In this document: in pieces, positions 1 to 10,108 of the stretch
Position numbering within the stretch: the first letter of the stretch is position 1
Layout of the letters: every line of letters begins with the position of its first letter
Assembly: GCA_041740515.1 (NCBI GenBank)
Contig: JBGSLV010000036.1
Coordinates: 4,429 to 68,428 of the forward strand
Length of the DNA stretch: 64,000 nucleotides
DNA from: Bdellovibrionales bacterium
GTDB lineage: Bacteria > Bdellovibrionota > Bdellovibrionia > Bdellovibrionales > UBA1609
Reading direction: 5' to 3'
The notes under the pieces: model-generated
Databases searched by the model: none
Told to the model about the DNA's origin: nothing
What the model saw: only the letters and a program-made list of their open reading frames with translations
Position numbers and translations under genes: made by a program

Positions 1-169
1 CTATCAGGATTACCTTTAGTCTTCTTTGGTTCTACTATTCTTCTTTCCCTGAAATCCAGCTTTAGTCCTATCCAATTTAGCAAAATAAAATTCATATAAA
101 ATGGACACCATGCGATATGCTAAGTTTTGGTTTTAGACGAAATAGAAATGGCTCGAGTATGATCGCTCA

Positions 170-490
170 ATGGGAACGAAATTGTCGCAGCAAGATTTGG
201 AGTTATATCGAAGAATTGACGAAGTGCTTTTTTATCTTTGGGATCCAATCGGTGTCTCTGGCACACCTGAAGCGAGAGATGAATACCATGCGTACCTTCC
301 AGTGGTCTTCTCGATGCTAAAGCAAAATAAAGAACCAAATGAAGTGGCTAGATATTTAACGCGGATAGAACGTGAACGTATGGGTTTTGATGGAGGGGAA
401 AAACAAGACAAAAGGAATCTCGAGATAGCCCTTCTGCTCGAAGATCATAAGTTGGTTATTTTAGAGAAATTTAGCAGAACTGAAACATGA
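170..490 (+). CDS. small cytoplasmic protein of unknown function (WDPIG...DEY motif, immunity-protein-like; tentative)
   Basis: 106-aa ORF with no signal peptide or TM. The motif LWDPIGVSGTPEARDEYHAYLPVV resembles small DUF1871/immunity-type families from memory (unverified). The antisense 72-aa ORF 120..338 looks like a shadow frame. Confidence 0.45.
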   Translation: MGTKLSQQDLELYRRIDEVLFYLWDPIGVSGTPEARDEYHAYLPVVFSMLKQNKEPNEVARYLTRIERERMGFDGGEKQDKRNLEIALLLEDHKLVILEKFSRTET

Positions 491-773
491 CACTAGTATC
501 ATGTATCTTGGAAGCTAAATCTCGCTTACATTTATTATGGAAGAGCGGCCGGCAGCTCTGTGAGCATTAATAATTTTTCTATTTTCAATGCAATTCAATA
601 CTTCTGGATTTAATTCTAGCACTCTTTCTATCCTCTATTTTTTAAAAAATTCAAGTTTGCACGACAAGGATATTGTGAACCTCAATCAGAGAGAAAAATT
701 ATTTTAGCATCTGGTCCTAACGCTTTTATTGATGGCAATTGGAGAATTTCAAGTCTGCTAAATCTGCTGGAGC

Positions 774-1940
774 TTACTTTCTACGATGTTCAATAATGCC
801 TAAGGCGGATTTTAAGACATTTTCGGCTACTTTATCATTGGCTAGCTGTTCTCCATTCATCGAAGGAGTCCAGTGAATATTGGCTGCTTTGGCGGCGGCG
901 ATGAAATCAAACCATTCGACCCAGTCCTGCCGTATTGTCCCATTTATTATCGCCTCACGATAAATATCATTCAAAAAAGTCCATGAAACGTTATGTGATG
1001 ATGGATCAATTTTCTTAGAAAGAGGATAAAAAGGTCCACGCCCTTCAAAAATAAAATCAGGATTGGTTTTCAACTCCTGTCTCATCTTATCGAACTCCAA
1101 ACTTGCTTTTTTAGTCTTGGATAATAAACTGATGTCCAACTCAAAATTTAGGTGTTTTTGAATTAGTTCTTTTAATTGAAGTGCGCCCTTATCAATAGCG
1201 AAAGATACAGATTTTTTTAGACTAAACTGAGGTGTGTAGTTAACAAAATCTCTTTTTAAATCGCAATCTCCGCTGAGTTGAAATAACGATCCTCCTCCAA
1301 CGTCAGCGAAGACATACCATCCTTTAGGAAGACATTCGTGGGTCATGAAGCCTTGCCTTTCGCCAAGGTAGGGACTTTCAAGTTCAAGGAACATGGTGAA
1401 ACCCAGTTGCATAAGAATATCAACAGTCAATCCTACTCTATCTAAATAGCCGGCCTCGAGTTGTTTAACATTGATATCTTCGACCATATTGTCGTAAAGT
1501 TTACGGTGAAAAAACATTCCTGAAAGAAATTGGGAAAGATCCAACAAAATATTTTTATTACTTATCGAATCCGAACTATTTCTTTTTCCTGACTTCGAGC
1601 AGAGTTTTTCTTTTAGAGTTTGGTTGTTGCATACATCTTCAATGCTACAGCCAAAAAACTTTTCTATCGCATCAGTATTAGCATTTCTTTCGATGTTATT
1701 GAGTCCGCCATATTCGTTGTAAGTCCCTTTTATCGGAAAACATAAAACGTTATAGATATCATTGGGGTAAACGTAAAAACTTTGACTCTGGACATCAGTA
1801 AGTATTTTTTTATCTCGATCTTTTAACTCACCTCTGATTCCATAGTAATCATAAGATTTATGTAACAATGGCACATACACAGCCTGTTCTTTATAAGTAA
1901 TTGAAATTTTACTGATGCTACAACTCACATTAAAAGCCAT
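774..1940 (-). CDS. hypothetical cytoplasmic protein (388 aa), no recognisable domain
   Basis: Long uninterrupted ORF with an ATG start and no signal peptide. Flanked by 280-380 bp of very AT-rich intergenic DNA. Confidence 0.6.
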   Translation of the reverse strand: MAFNVSCSISKISITYKEQAVYVPLLHKSYDYYGIRGELKDRDKKILTDVQSQSFYVYPNDIYNVLCFPIKGTYNEYGGLNNIERNANTDAIEKFFGCSIEDVCNNQTLKEKLCSKSGKRNSSDSISNKNILLDLSQFLSGMFFHRKLYDNMVEDINVKQLEAGYLDRVGLTVDILMQLGFTMFLELESPYLGERQGFMTHECLPKGWYVFADVGGGSLFQLSGDCDLKRDFVNYTPQFSLKKSVSFAIDKGALQLKELIQKHLNFELDISLLSKTKKASLEFDKMRQELKTNPDFIFEGRGPFYPLSKKIDPSSHNVSWTFLNDIYREAIINGTIRQDWVEWFDFIAAAKAANIHWTPSMNGEQLANDKVAENVLKSALGIIEHRRK

Positions 1941-2321
1941 TCTAATTACACCTCACTATTTGTGACTAATGCCGGCACTACTAATTGTATCGCTTACTAG
2001 TCTAATTTTCTAGCCCCTGTGTTCTAAAGTATAAAGATCGCGAGTCTCATTTCAATTCTAAATCAGTAGTTCAGTTATCACTTGGTTTCTTTGAGCAACC
2101 AACTGTCGCAATCCTGCTTAGTGATAAAGCGGGCTTTTTCTTTTTTCAGAAACGCTAACTTTAAAATTAAATTTTATTTTATACCATTGTATTAATACAT
2201 AATTATTAATTTTTAATCTTGATTAACTTCTGATACTTTAAATAATTTTATAGAGTTTAATAGGAGTTAGTAGATTGGGAAGATACCTCTATAGCAACTC
2301 CTTGAAAAAGACCCAAATATG

Positions 2322-3407
2322 TTATCTCTCTTGACCTATTAAAAGTGGAATTAATTGTGGTATTTGAAAAGTCGCTGGCTTATGTTTAATAGAAACTTGG
2401 TCATTTTTTATTTCTAAAGCTAACTTTTTGAGTCGATTTATAACATATGTTTTATATTCAGGACTTGTAGGATTATAATTCTCTTGAACAAAATTTAGTT
2501 GTTCTTGTAAAAACACAAGTGTATTTGATTTACCTTCGTTTTTCCAAATAGCAAAAGCGTGTTGTTCAATATGCCCATTGTTGGGGTGGTTACTTTTTGA
2601 AATCTCAGAGAAAATCTCTTTTTGAAGTTGGTAATCTTCGGTTTCACGATGTTTTAAACTTAAATAAGACTCTTCTTTAGGGTAATTCCTTTCAAAATAG
2701 CTTTTTACATCAGTCAAAATAGAGTCTTGGGGTGAAAATATCCCGAACTCCATCAACACATATAAATTGATGGACTTATTTTCACTGAATCTTAAATACA
2801 TCTCTTTTAACAGAGGTTCAGATTTTTTAAAGTCATCAACAATAAATGATTTTTTATGAAATCTTTGTCCAAGATACAGTCCAAAAAGCTCGTGATCTTC
2901 TAATTTTTTTAGGTCCGAATTTAGTAGTTCTGCGTTTTTTAATAAAAACAAAGAACCTTTAAAACCCAATAAAAAATCCAAACACGAAGTATTAGATGTA
3001 TTTGTTGATTCAAGATCTTTACAGCTATTAAAGAAAAGCATGTGATTTTCTATATTATCTTTAAAATCATCTTTTAGACAAGCTAAGGACTTCTCCCAAA
3101 AATGCTCATCAAGTTTTAATGCAAAAAAATCCCGTGAATTTAAAACCTCAAATGTCTGCACGCAATTTTTAGATAATTGCTTCTGACTATTATTTTTGGA
3201 TTCATCAATAATTAATTTGGATTTTTTAAAAGGCTTGGCGATAGATTTAATATCTAATTTTTTATTTTGAGATTTTGATAAATTTGTTTCTGTTTTACTA
3301 ATAGCTTTAGATTTATTTTTTACAAAATTTGAATTTTTATCAAAAAATAAAATCCAAATAAGAATTGTAAGAAAAGAAAAAGCTAAGTATTTATATTTTA
3401 TCTTCAA
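2322..3407 (-). CDS. N-terminally membrane-anchored Lys/Asn-rich protein of unknown function (361 aa)
   Basis: Hydrophobic N-terminus (YLAFSFLTILIWILFF), then a K/S/N-rich linker, then a Cys-containing globular part. The most AT-rich coding stretch in the window. Confidence 0.6.
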   Translation of the reverse strand: MKIKYKYLAFSFLTILIWILFFDKNSNFVKNKSKAISKTETNLSKSQNKKLDIKSIAKPFKKSKLIIDESKNNSQKQLSKNCVQTFEVLNSRDFFALKLDEHFWEKSLACLKDDFKDNIENHMLFFNSCKDLESTNTSNTSCLDFLLGFKGSLFLLKNAELLNSDLKKLEDHELFGLYLGQRFHKKSFIVDDFKKSEPLLKEMYLRFSENKSINLYVLMEFGIFSPQDSILTDVKSYFERNYPKEESYLSLKHRETEDYQLQKEIFSEISKSNHPNNGHIEQHAFAIWKNEGKSNTLVFLQEQLNFVQENYNPTSPEYKTYVINRLKKLALEIKNDQVSIKHKPATFQIPQLIPLLIGQER

Positions 3408-3642
3408 TACTACAAACTCCTAAGATAAAAATTTAACTTTCTTAATATTAATAAATTTGTAAAACCGCAGTCTTTATAGTTTCATAATTCCATACAAATT
3501 TAATAGGCATTTAATAAACAAATAATAAGTCTAAAGTTAAAAAATTAAAAGTCGCAATAAGATTAAATAGTATACATACAGTTCCAACAAGAAAAGTTAA
3601 ACTAAAGCGGGTAAAACAAATAATCGCTATATTTAAAATTTA

Positions 3643-4212
3643 TTAGTGATTATCCCAAACACAAATCACACCGGATCTGTGCAATCGATTAATTGGGGCA
3701 AAATCAAATGAGTTATCTCGGCCAATGAAACTCCAGACAAAAAGACTATAGTCATCCTGGGGCATATGAAAATTTCCGTCAAAAGAGGTTGAAGTCCAAA
3801 AGCTATAATTAGCTAGACCCTTTATCAATTCAGTCTTTGTCCCACGCTTAAATGGGCTATACTTTGTCGAAGGGAGCCAACCCTCCTGATGACCAAGAAA
3901 TTGAACTAGACGGATAAATTCAAAATATTCAGGTAACCGAGCGTCAAGATCGGAACATGCTTTTTCTGCTTGCTCATAGGAGGACTCAAAAATCATATCA
4001 CTCCAGATAAGACCATTTTGATCCTCAAGTCCATCAATTAATAAATCGGAAGAACGATAATGGGTCGGATTTTCTTCAACAACTTTTAATTTACTTTTGA
4101 TTCCATTGCTATATCTATCATGTTTAGTATCTGTCCCATACCTATTTATTTCACCGTATGAAATTTGTGTACATAGGATTAACCCTAAACCCAATCCTAA
4201 TAATCGTGGCAT
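3643..4212 (-). CDS. secreted DUF1566 (Lcl C-terminal-like) domain protein
   Basis: Motifs GLIWSD, EQAEKACSDLDARLPEYFEFIRL, FWTSTS and the C-terminal VICVW match the DUF1566 pattern. I moved the start to the internal ATG at 4212 (MPRLLGLGLGLILCTQISYGE signal peptide), which is preceded by a GGAAGG RBS. The ORF track extends to 4281. Confidence 0.55.
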   Translation of the reverse strand: MPRLLGLGLGLILCTQISYGEINRYGTDTKHDRYSNGIKSKLKVVEENPTHYRSSDLLIDGLEDQNGLIWSDMIFESSYEQAEKACSDLDARLPEYFEFIRLVQFLGHQEGWLPSTKYSPFKRGTKTELIKGLANYSFWTSTSFDGNFHMPQDDYSLFVWSFIGRDNSFDFAPINRLHRSGVICVWDNH

Positions 4213-4530
4213 GACAACCTTCCATTTTTTTAAATCTGTTAATTCTACACTGCAAGTTAAGGACCAAATTGTTAAGCGCAATTTACTTTCAATTCAAAAA
4301 TCTATATTTTTATTACCCCTAAGCTTGATGACGGTTTTTGGCACTTTCTCCCCATAACACGCAAAGTAGACCTGAAGTCACAGTACACAGCTTTCAATCT
4401 ATCATTGATGAAAACGGTCGAATTCACCTTATGGACACTCTGCGACTTATAAAAAAATGCAAGTGCTCACTTTTAGAACTACTGCTACTTTTAACAGATG
4501 GGCCGACACGTAATTGCTTCTTTTAAAGGT

Positions 4531-5247
4531 ATGTCAATTGTTGTTCCCGCTTATAACGAGGAGAAGGCACTGCCTTTGACTTTGGCATCGATAAACCATG
4601 CCCTATTAGAATTACAAACCCATGTTAACATCAAATCCGAAATTATTGTCGTTGATAATGTCTCTACAGATTCAACGGCTGAAGTGGCCAAGAGTTTTGG
4701 CGCGCGGGTAATCCGTCACGAAACTAGAAATATCGCATCGGTTCGAAATGCGGGAATACAAGCTGCAGCCAACGAATTGGTCTTAACGATAGATGCTGAT
4801 ACTTTAGTTCCGAAGCATGCCTTTATAAAAATTTGGCAGTCCATGAAAACTGGTCGCTATGTTGGTGGTGGCGTACGAGTGGGAGTTAGTGGGCCACGAA
4901 AAACTTTTAAGATTTTAGTAACAACACTTGATGCCGCCATGTTTATGGTGACTAGACTTTCGGGCGGTCTCTTTTTTTTCGACAAGCAAGCCGCTATTGC
5001 AATTGGTGGCTTTCCAGAAGGATTCATGGCGGCCGAAGATATAGCTTTTGCGCGCCAACTGAAACGATTTGGTGCAAAGACTGGGCTTAAATTTCTTAAC
5101 CTCCATACGGTTCGAATCCTTACGATGGATAGAAAAAAGGCTTCCATTTCACAAAGTCTTAGGGCTTTTGGCAGCGGCATCAAAGCTTATTTAGGATTTA
5201 AACTATCGAATCAAGAACTTTCATATTGGTATGATCCTGATCGATAA
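4531..5247 (+). CDS. family 2 glycosyltransferase
   Basis: SIVVPAYNEE N-terminus, DNVSTDST, TIDADT (DxD) and AEDIAF motifs. Start placed at ATG 4531 after AAAGG; the ORF track start at 4498 is also possible. Confidence 0.85.
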   Translation: MSIVVPAYNEEKALPLTLASINHALLELQTHVNIKSEIIVVDNVSTDSTAEVAKSFGARVIRHETRNIASVRNAGIQAAANELVLTIDADTLVPKHAFIKIWQSMKTGRYVGGGVRVGVSGPRKTFKILVTTLDAAMFMVTRLSGGLFFFDKQAAIAIGGFPEGFMAAEDIAFARQLKRFGAKTGLKFLNLHTVRILTMDRKKASISQSLRAFGSGIKAYLGFKLSNQELSYWYDPDR

Positions 5248-5393
5248 CTAAAAATATTTAATTATAGATCCAAAGCTTTTAAATTAAAGCAAATTTTAAC
5301 TTGTCTAATAAGCTTTAACGTTCAAATATTGATTATAGTCTTTTGTTTGGATTCTAATTTCGCATCTTAAATATTTTTTTGCACTGGAGCTTC

Positions 5394-6176
5394 ATGAAAC
5401 TTTACTTCATAATTTTGCAAGTCATTTTTTTTCAAATTTTATTAGCTTCTAATATATGGGCCAGTCCATTCTTTGCCAAAGAGAAGTTTCAGGTCGCTTT
5501 GGGTTTGCAAGCCGACTCACTGATTTATAAGCGAGGCATTATTACTTATGAAGGTCCTCAAGCCTTTCCAATTTATGCAGTGAGTTTATTTCATCCCGAT
5601 TTAATTTTGGCGGGCAGCGCCTTATACTATAAACAAAGAGTACTTTATGAAAATCTATATTTTCGAACACGACTTAATGTGAATTCAACAAACGATACGC
5701 CACTTTATTTTACAACTGAAAAAGAAGAAGACAGAATTCGAAGAGAAGACACAACTGAGCTTGACCTTTTCCTTGAGTATTTAATGCCCAACGAAAGTTT
5801 TTTGCGACTTAACTTGAGCCAAGATTTAGTAGCACACAAAGGACATTACTTAGAGCTTAGAGCAAGATTAGGTCTTCTAAATTTAATAAAAAACGAAGGT
5901 GAAAGAGCACTTATTCAGGCTGGGCTATTTGTCGCTGCTGGCTATGGGGACCAACGACATAATGAGTATTTTTACGGGCAAGGAGCCAATAAAAGTGGAG
6001 TTAACAATATTGAATATGGAATTTCAGTCGTAAGTCCAAAAGTGATTGATTTGTTTTGGCCGACTTTTACTATATCAAGATTTCATTTGTTGGGAGAAGA
6101 AAATAAAAATGGCTCTTTTGTCCAAGAACTTAAAGGTTGGTCAGCACAAGCTCTATTTGCTTTTAAAGTATGGTAA
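5394..6176 (+). CDS. outer-membrane beta-barrel protein (MipA/OmpV-like, tentative)
   Basis: Signal peptide MKLYFIILQVIFFQILLASNIWA after a GGAG RBS. Alternating amphipathic strands and a C-terminal aromatic residue (FAFKVW). Confidence 0.5.
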   Translation: MKLYFIILQVIFFQILLASNIWASPFFAKEKFQVALGLQADSLIYKRGIITYEGPQAFPIYAVSLFHPDLILAGSALYYKQRVLYENLYFRTRLNVNSTNDTPLYFTTEKEEDRIRREDTTELDLFLEYLMPNESFLRLNLSQDLVAHKGHYLELRARLGLLNLIKNEGERALIQAGLFVAAGYGDQRHNEYFYGQGANKSGVNNIEYGISVVSPKVIDLFWPTFTISRFHLLGEENKNGSFVQELKGWSAQALFAFKVW

Positions 6177-6212
6177 AAAATAAGTAAGGTTTAATCTCAA
6201 AATTACTTAGCC

Positions 6213-6584
6213 TTATTTAATAAAAATCAGTATCCACACCCCATAACCTACCACGGCGACTGCGCCCGCAAAATGAGTCAGCGAGGCTTTTTGATCACCG
6301 CAGCTTCTTACAACCATAAAATCCGACAAAGCCACAAGCCCGATACAAAATTGAATTAAAGCCATCTGAAGCCATAACTGATTAAAGTATAAAATTAAAA
6401 CAGTTAGACCCATAAATATATCCCTAATCCCAACACTTCTGACATAAGCTGTGGCCGTTCCACTTGCTTTGATACCAAAATTTTTGGACATAGGCTCTGG
6501 CTTCAAGATAGCGCCTAAGCCAATAAAAATTGTGGTTAAACCTATAAAAGGTGCTACAAAGTAAGAAAGTGCAATAAAGTCCAT
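6213..6584 (-). CDS. small integral membrane protein (about 4 TM helices)
   Basis: 123-aa ORF that is almost entirely hydrophobic helices. Confidence 0.6.
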   Translation of the reverse strand: MDFIALSYFVAPFIGLTTIFIGLGAILKPEPMSKNFGIKASGTATAYVRSVGIRDIFMGLTVLILYFNQLWLQMALIQFCIGLVALSDFMVVRSCGDQKASLTHFAGAVAVVGYGVWILIFIK

Positions 6585-6752
6585 AATAAGCCCTCGGCAA
6601 TTGTTTTATTTTAGTTAATTCAACCACCATTTAATGACTAGGATCAAGTGAAGTAAAGGGTTTACCCAAAAATCATTATACTTATGGATTGCAAAAATGT
6701 TGAAATATGTTACTTGCCCTAATAAGTCATTTAAACCCTTGAAGGAGATTTT

Positions 6753-7043
6753 ATGAAATTAGCTAGTTTAGTAATTGCAGCATTAATGAGTTTTTCTTGT
6801 TCCGCTTTTGCAAAAGATTATAAACAATTGGCCGCAGAGATTGTTACCAACATGTATGGTCAACCTGGTGATAGCGTTGTTGTAAACCATTTTTCAAATC
6901 CAAATGCTTTTCAAGTTGTTCTTTCAAATGGGGCAACTGTTGGTAGCGCGTCCTATACGGTCGAATTTTTTGAAAATGAGGGTGGAGCTGATGAAGGTGA
7001 AGTAGTTGCCAACATCAAAGTCACTTATGAAGGTGGAAACTAA
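6753..7043 (+). CDS. small secreted protein (96 aa)
   Basis: GGAG RBS and signal peptide MKLASLVIAALMSFSCSAFA. Confidence 0.6.
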   Translation: MKLASLVIAALMSFSCSAFAKDYKQLAAEIVTNMYGQPGDSVVVNHFSNPNAFQVVLSNGATVGSASYTVEFFENEGGADEGEVVANIKVTYEGGN

Positions 7044-7084
7044 ATTTATAAGTTTTAGCAAAAATTATGTTTAATTAAAAATTT

Positions 7085-7115
7085 ACAAATCCTGTGTTTG
7101 AAACACAGGATTTGT
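7085..7115. terminator. bidirectional rho-independent terminator between convergent genes
   Basis: Perfect 14-bp stem, ACAAATCCTGTGTT (7085-7098) / AACACAGGATTTGT (7102-7115), with a 3-nt loop. A T-run follows on the minus strand and a weaker one on the plus strand. Confidence 0.7.
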
Positions 7116-7136
7116 GGTTTAAAGAAAACCACTTTG

Positions 7137-8366
7137 TCAAAGCTGTGCTTCGTCGCTCGTAATATCCTCATTGGCAATTTGTAAATAGTATTTAATGACT
7201 AACAAACGCGAACTATATTCAAGCCAAAAATTTAGCGGATCAGTTTTTTGTAAGTTTATAGCCCTAGCAAGCCTATCCCAAGCTTGCGAAAAATTTTGCT
7301 TGGCTTGAGTCGCCTCAAAATTAGAACTAATAAGCATAATTTCAAAATGATGAAGCCTGTGATGTATATACCCATGCGCTTCTCTAGGCGCGACCAGATG
7401 AGATTGTGGAGGTACAGGCAGCAATCCGTTCAAAACCAGAAGATTAAAAAAATCTAGGACACTGGCTGCATTTTGCGAGCCACTTTGATCGACAAAGTAG
7501 CTTAGAGCTATGGGATGATTATACAAACTTAAATCTAAACTGGCTTTGAAATCTTTTGGCAAATCTTGACCAATTTGGGTTTCGGCAAAGCATTTTAAAT
7601 TTTTAGCGCCCCATAAGATTAATTTTACTTCCCCTTTTGAGGTTGAAATAAAAGCGATTTGATCTAATAAAAAATGAATAAGTGTTGCCAGATACTCTAA
7701 CCTGTTTTTATCGGCAAAAGGTTGATTAGTAGAATTAGTAAAAAGCTGTGCCGCTGAACTTAAATCCCCTAAAATTACGGCTCGTTGATAGAGCTGAATC
7801 GCCAGCTCAAAATGTTGCCTTAAGTTAGGTTGAGCCATAAGAAGACTTACGGAAATAAGATCGTCGATGTTAAGTAGTGGAATTTTTTTATGGGCATAAA
7901 GTTCAAATAAATAACTGTCATCCAAGACCCCTGTTCTCTCATCAAAAAAAAGTTGCACAGAGCCTGCTTTGGTATTTTTATAAGGGAAGGCTTTGACCTG
8001 ATCAGCATAGATGAATTCATACCCCGGCAGAAAAGTTTTTGCCCAAATAGCTAAATCATGCTTTAGCATTTCAGGAAACTGACCTTGAGATCTTTGCAAA
8101 ATATTAAAAAGCTCAGGTGCACCTTTCATACTTTCGATACCGTGTTTAAAAAATTCAACAGCCTTAATGAAAGCATCTATCGAAGTGTTTTTTGAAGAGT
8201 TGTTTGCATCCGCTAGTTTCGGAAAAGGCAGTTTTAGAGTCTTAGATATATGCATAAGAGGCTCTTTAAGATTTGAAGCCGCTAAGTAATTTGAACAGGT
8301 CATTTCTGCCACTGCGCTCTTTGAAGCAAATACCAAAACCAATATAACTAAATTTACAAACTTCAT
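7137..8366 (-). CDS. secreted protein of unknown function (409 aa)
   Basis: Signal peptide MKFVNLVILVLVFASKSAVA. Start overlaps the stop of the upstream gene (8363-8366). Confidence 0.65.
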   Translation of the reverse strand: MKFVNLVILVLVFASKSAVAEMTCSNYLAASNLKEPLMHISKTLKLPFPKLADANNSSKNTSIDAFIKAVEFFKHGIESMKGAPELFNILQRSQGQFPEMLKHDLAIWAKTFLPGYEFIYADQVKAFPYKNTKAGSVQLFFDERTGVLDDSYLFELYAHKKIPLLNIDDLISVSLLMAQPNLRQHFELAIQLYQRAVILGDLSSAAQLFTNSTNQPFADKNRLEYLATLIHFLLDQIAFISTSKGEVKLILWGAKNLKCFAETQIGQDLPKDFKASLDLSLYNHPIALSYFVDQSGSQNAASVLDFFNLLVLNGLLPVPPQSHLVAPREAHGYIHHRLHHFEIMLISSNFEATQAKQNFSQAWDRLARAINLQKTDPLNFWLEYSSRLLVIKYYLQIANEDITSDEAQL

Positions 8367-9343
8367 AAATTCTCCCCGACCAATGGTGTAGAGTTTCGGG
8401 ATTGTAGAATTTTTCTAAAATCATTGCCACTAATGCCAAGCACATACTCTTGAGAGCCATCGGGTAGATTTATAGTTTCTAATAATGTCATTTGATAGCG
8501 ACTTCGAAACAGTCGTAAGTGTATGGGGGTTGCCACGTGAGCGACAAAGTAGGAATTTGGAAAGTGTCGTAAATAGTAATTTTCTAGAAAAAGTTCGAAG
8601 GATTTTAAAATGGCATTGGTCTGTTTTAAATTACCTTTAGCGGTTAAGCGACCAATTTCAAAAAGTCTTAGCCCTGGGTTTAATAGTTTTAGCTGCATAA
8701 GTTTATTAGATAAACTATCACTGTTTAAATTACGAAAATCTAAACTTATTTCAACTGGCAGTTTAGGCGGTAATTCGGGGTATTGCACATATACTCTGTC
8801 TGGTGAAGCATCGTAGACTTGAATGGTTCCCAGAATCTCCCGGGGGCCGTAGTAGCCACTAGGATCAAGAACAATATCCGCTTTGTCGCTCCTTAAGGGA
8901 TCTAACTGCTGGTTAAGAGACTTCACTAAATGCAATACATTTACATTAAAAGTATGGGAGTACCAATCTAGAATATGAGTCATAAAAGATTCTCCAGGAC
9001 CGGGGAACATTCGACCTATCCGAGTGGATTTGGGGTCTCCTTGTGGGGCGAACACATAAGAGCCATGGCGTTTGTTGATGTGAGTGGCCTCAATTTCCCC
9101 GGGTTTTATACTCACAGGAAGATTCACCGCCCAGTCTAACCTGACGGGCTTATTGTCGTTTAGCTTTTCGATAAGACTTAGTGCTTCTATGATTAATCCG
9201 CCGTCACGGACAAAATCAAATCCTGGGCGATTGTAAAGATAGGACGCGCAACTAACTTGAGCGGCGATTGGATGAGTTAATACCATCCAGGTTAAAAACA
9301 TAAATAATTTAAACTTTAATTGCATATATTGAAGTAAATGCAA
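8363..9343 (-). CDS. secreted protein of unknown function (326 aa)
   Basis: Signal peptide ending THPIAA. 4-nt overlap with the downstream gene. Lies immediately downstream of the TetR gene on the same strand. Confidence 0.65.
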   Translation of the reverse strand: MHLLQYMQLKFKLFMFLTWMVLTHPIAAQVSCASYLYNRPGFDFVRDGGLIIEALSLIEKLNDNKPVRLDWAVNLPVSIKPGEIEATHINKRHGSYVFAPQGDPKSTRIGRMFPGPGESFMTHILDWYSHTFNVNVLHLVKSLNQQLDPLRSDKADIVLDPSGYYGPREILGTIQVYDASPDRVYVQYPELPPKLPVEISLDFRNLNSDSLSNKLMQLKLLNPGLRLFEIGRLTAKGNLKQTNAILKSFELFLENYYLRHFPNSYFVAHVATPIHLRLFRSRYQMTLLETINLPDGSQEYVLGISGNDFRKILQSRNSTPLVGENL

Positions 9344-9364
9344 TCTCTGTTCCAGACTAGAAAG

Positions 9365-10024
9365 CTATAAACTCTTATAAAGAAGCAGTTGCTCTTTTAG
9401 TATGAGCATAATCTGCTCCTGCTCGTCTTGGATATCAGCTCCTTTACCTTGCCTTAAGAGATGATCAAAAGAAGCGAATAAAATCATATGAATCGATCTG
9501 GTGCGACGGTAAAGATCAGGTTTAGACCAATGAGGGTAAGCCAAATTTAGCGCGTTTTGTATGCGAATAAAACCAGACTGAACTTCCGTTTTATAAATAC
9601 GACCCACTTCAGATCGTTCGGCAATGGCTGTCATTAAGGAGGAGATTCGACATAAATGGGGATATTCCGCAATCCATAAAAATATAGCCTCGGCCATTCT
9701 TAGTATGGTTTCGTCATAAGAGTTGGGTGGATATTTTAATATCAGATTTACAGTCGTTGTCCGACCTGTTTCGATCAAACATCGAAGCACGTCCTCTAAT
9801 ATTTCATCCATAGATTTATAGTGATACCTAAGTTTCTGCACCGACATTCCTGCCACTTTAGCCACGGCATTTAAGGACGTAGTTTGCGTGTCAGAATTCA
9901 ATATTGTAGCAATTGCCGCCCTTAAAATGTCACCTCGAATGCCACTTTCAAAGGAAACAGCAAGTTTAACGGCTTTAGGGAGGATTTTTTTATGCATTTT
10001 CATATTATAACAAAAAATTTTCAT
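9365..10024 (-). CDS. TetR/AcrR-family transcriptional regulator
   Basis: N-terminal HTH region RGDILRAAIATIL...LNAVAKVAGMSVQKLRYHYKSMDEILEDV. The true start may be one of the internal Met codons a few residues in. Confidence 0.8.
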   Translation of the reverse strand: MKIFCYNMKMHKKILPKAVKLAVSFESGIRGDILRAAIATILNSDTQTTSLNAVAKVAGMSVQKLRYHYKSMDEILEDVLRCLIETGRTTTVNLILKYPPNSYDETILRMAEAIFLWIAEYPHLCRISSLMTAIAERSEVGRIYKTEVQSGFIRIQNALNLAYPHWSKPDLYRRTRSIHMILFASFDHLLRQGKGADIQDEQEQIMLILKEQLLLYKSL

Positions 10025-10027
10025 ATA

Positions 10028-10047
10028 TGTGAAAATTAATTTACAAA
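10028..10047. promoter_or_regulatory. candidate TetR operator (imperfect 20-bp palindrome)
   Basis: TGTGAAAATT|AATTTACAAA, 8 of 10 positions symmetric. Located in the 84-bp divergent intergenic region between the TetR gene and 10109..10762. Confidence 0.3.
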
Positions 10048-10108
10048 ATATAAAAATAAAGGCATCTAAGGATGAAAACTAGACTAATCTTTTTTCAAGG
10101 AGAAAATA

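Noticed and set aside
120-338. 72-aa minus-strand ORF overlapping the 170..490 gene
   Set aside because: The plus-strand frame carries a recognisable conserved-looking motif (WDPIG...DEY) and is longer. The minus frame has no features.
2126-2152. CCTGCTT...AAGCGGGCTTTTTCTTTTTT hairpin-like terminator on the plus strand
   Set aside because: The stem has a mismatch and only 6-7 bp. Its orientation is opposite to both flanking minus-strand genes, so it has no gene to terminate.
5109-5120. GGTTCGAATCC, a tRNA T-loop-like string
   Set aside because: It lies inside the well-supported glycosyltransferase CDS. The flanks do not form a 5-bp T-stem (TACGG vs CCTTA has a mismatch) and there is no acceptor or anticodon arm. 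I found no tRNA in any intergenic region.
4857-5183. Antisense ORFs inside the glycosyltransferase gene (also antisense ORFs within the flotillin, TtpC-like, FG-GAP and NHL genes)
   Set aside because: They overlap strongly supported CDSs entirely. Their translations are low-complexity or Pro/Ser/Lys-rich and lack start signals.
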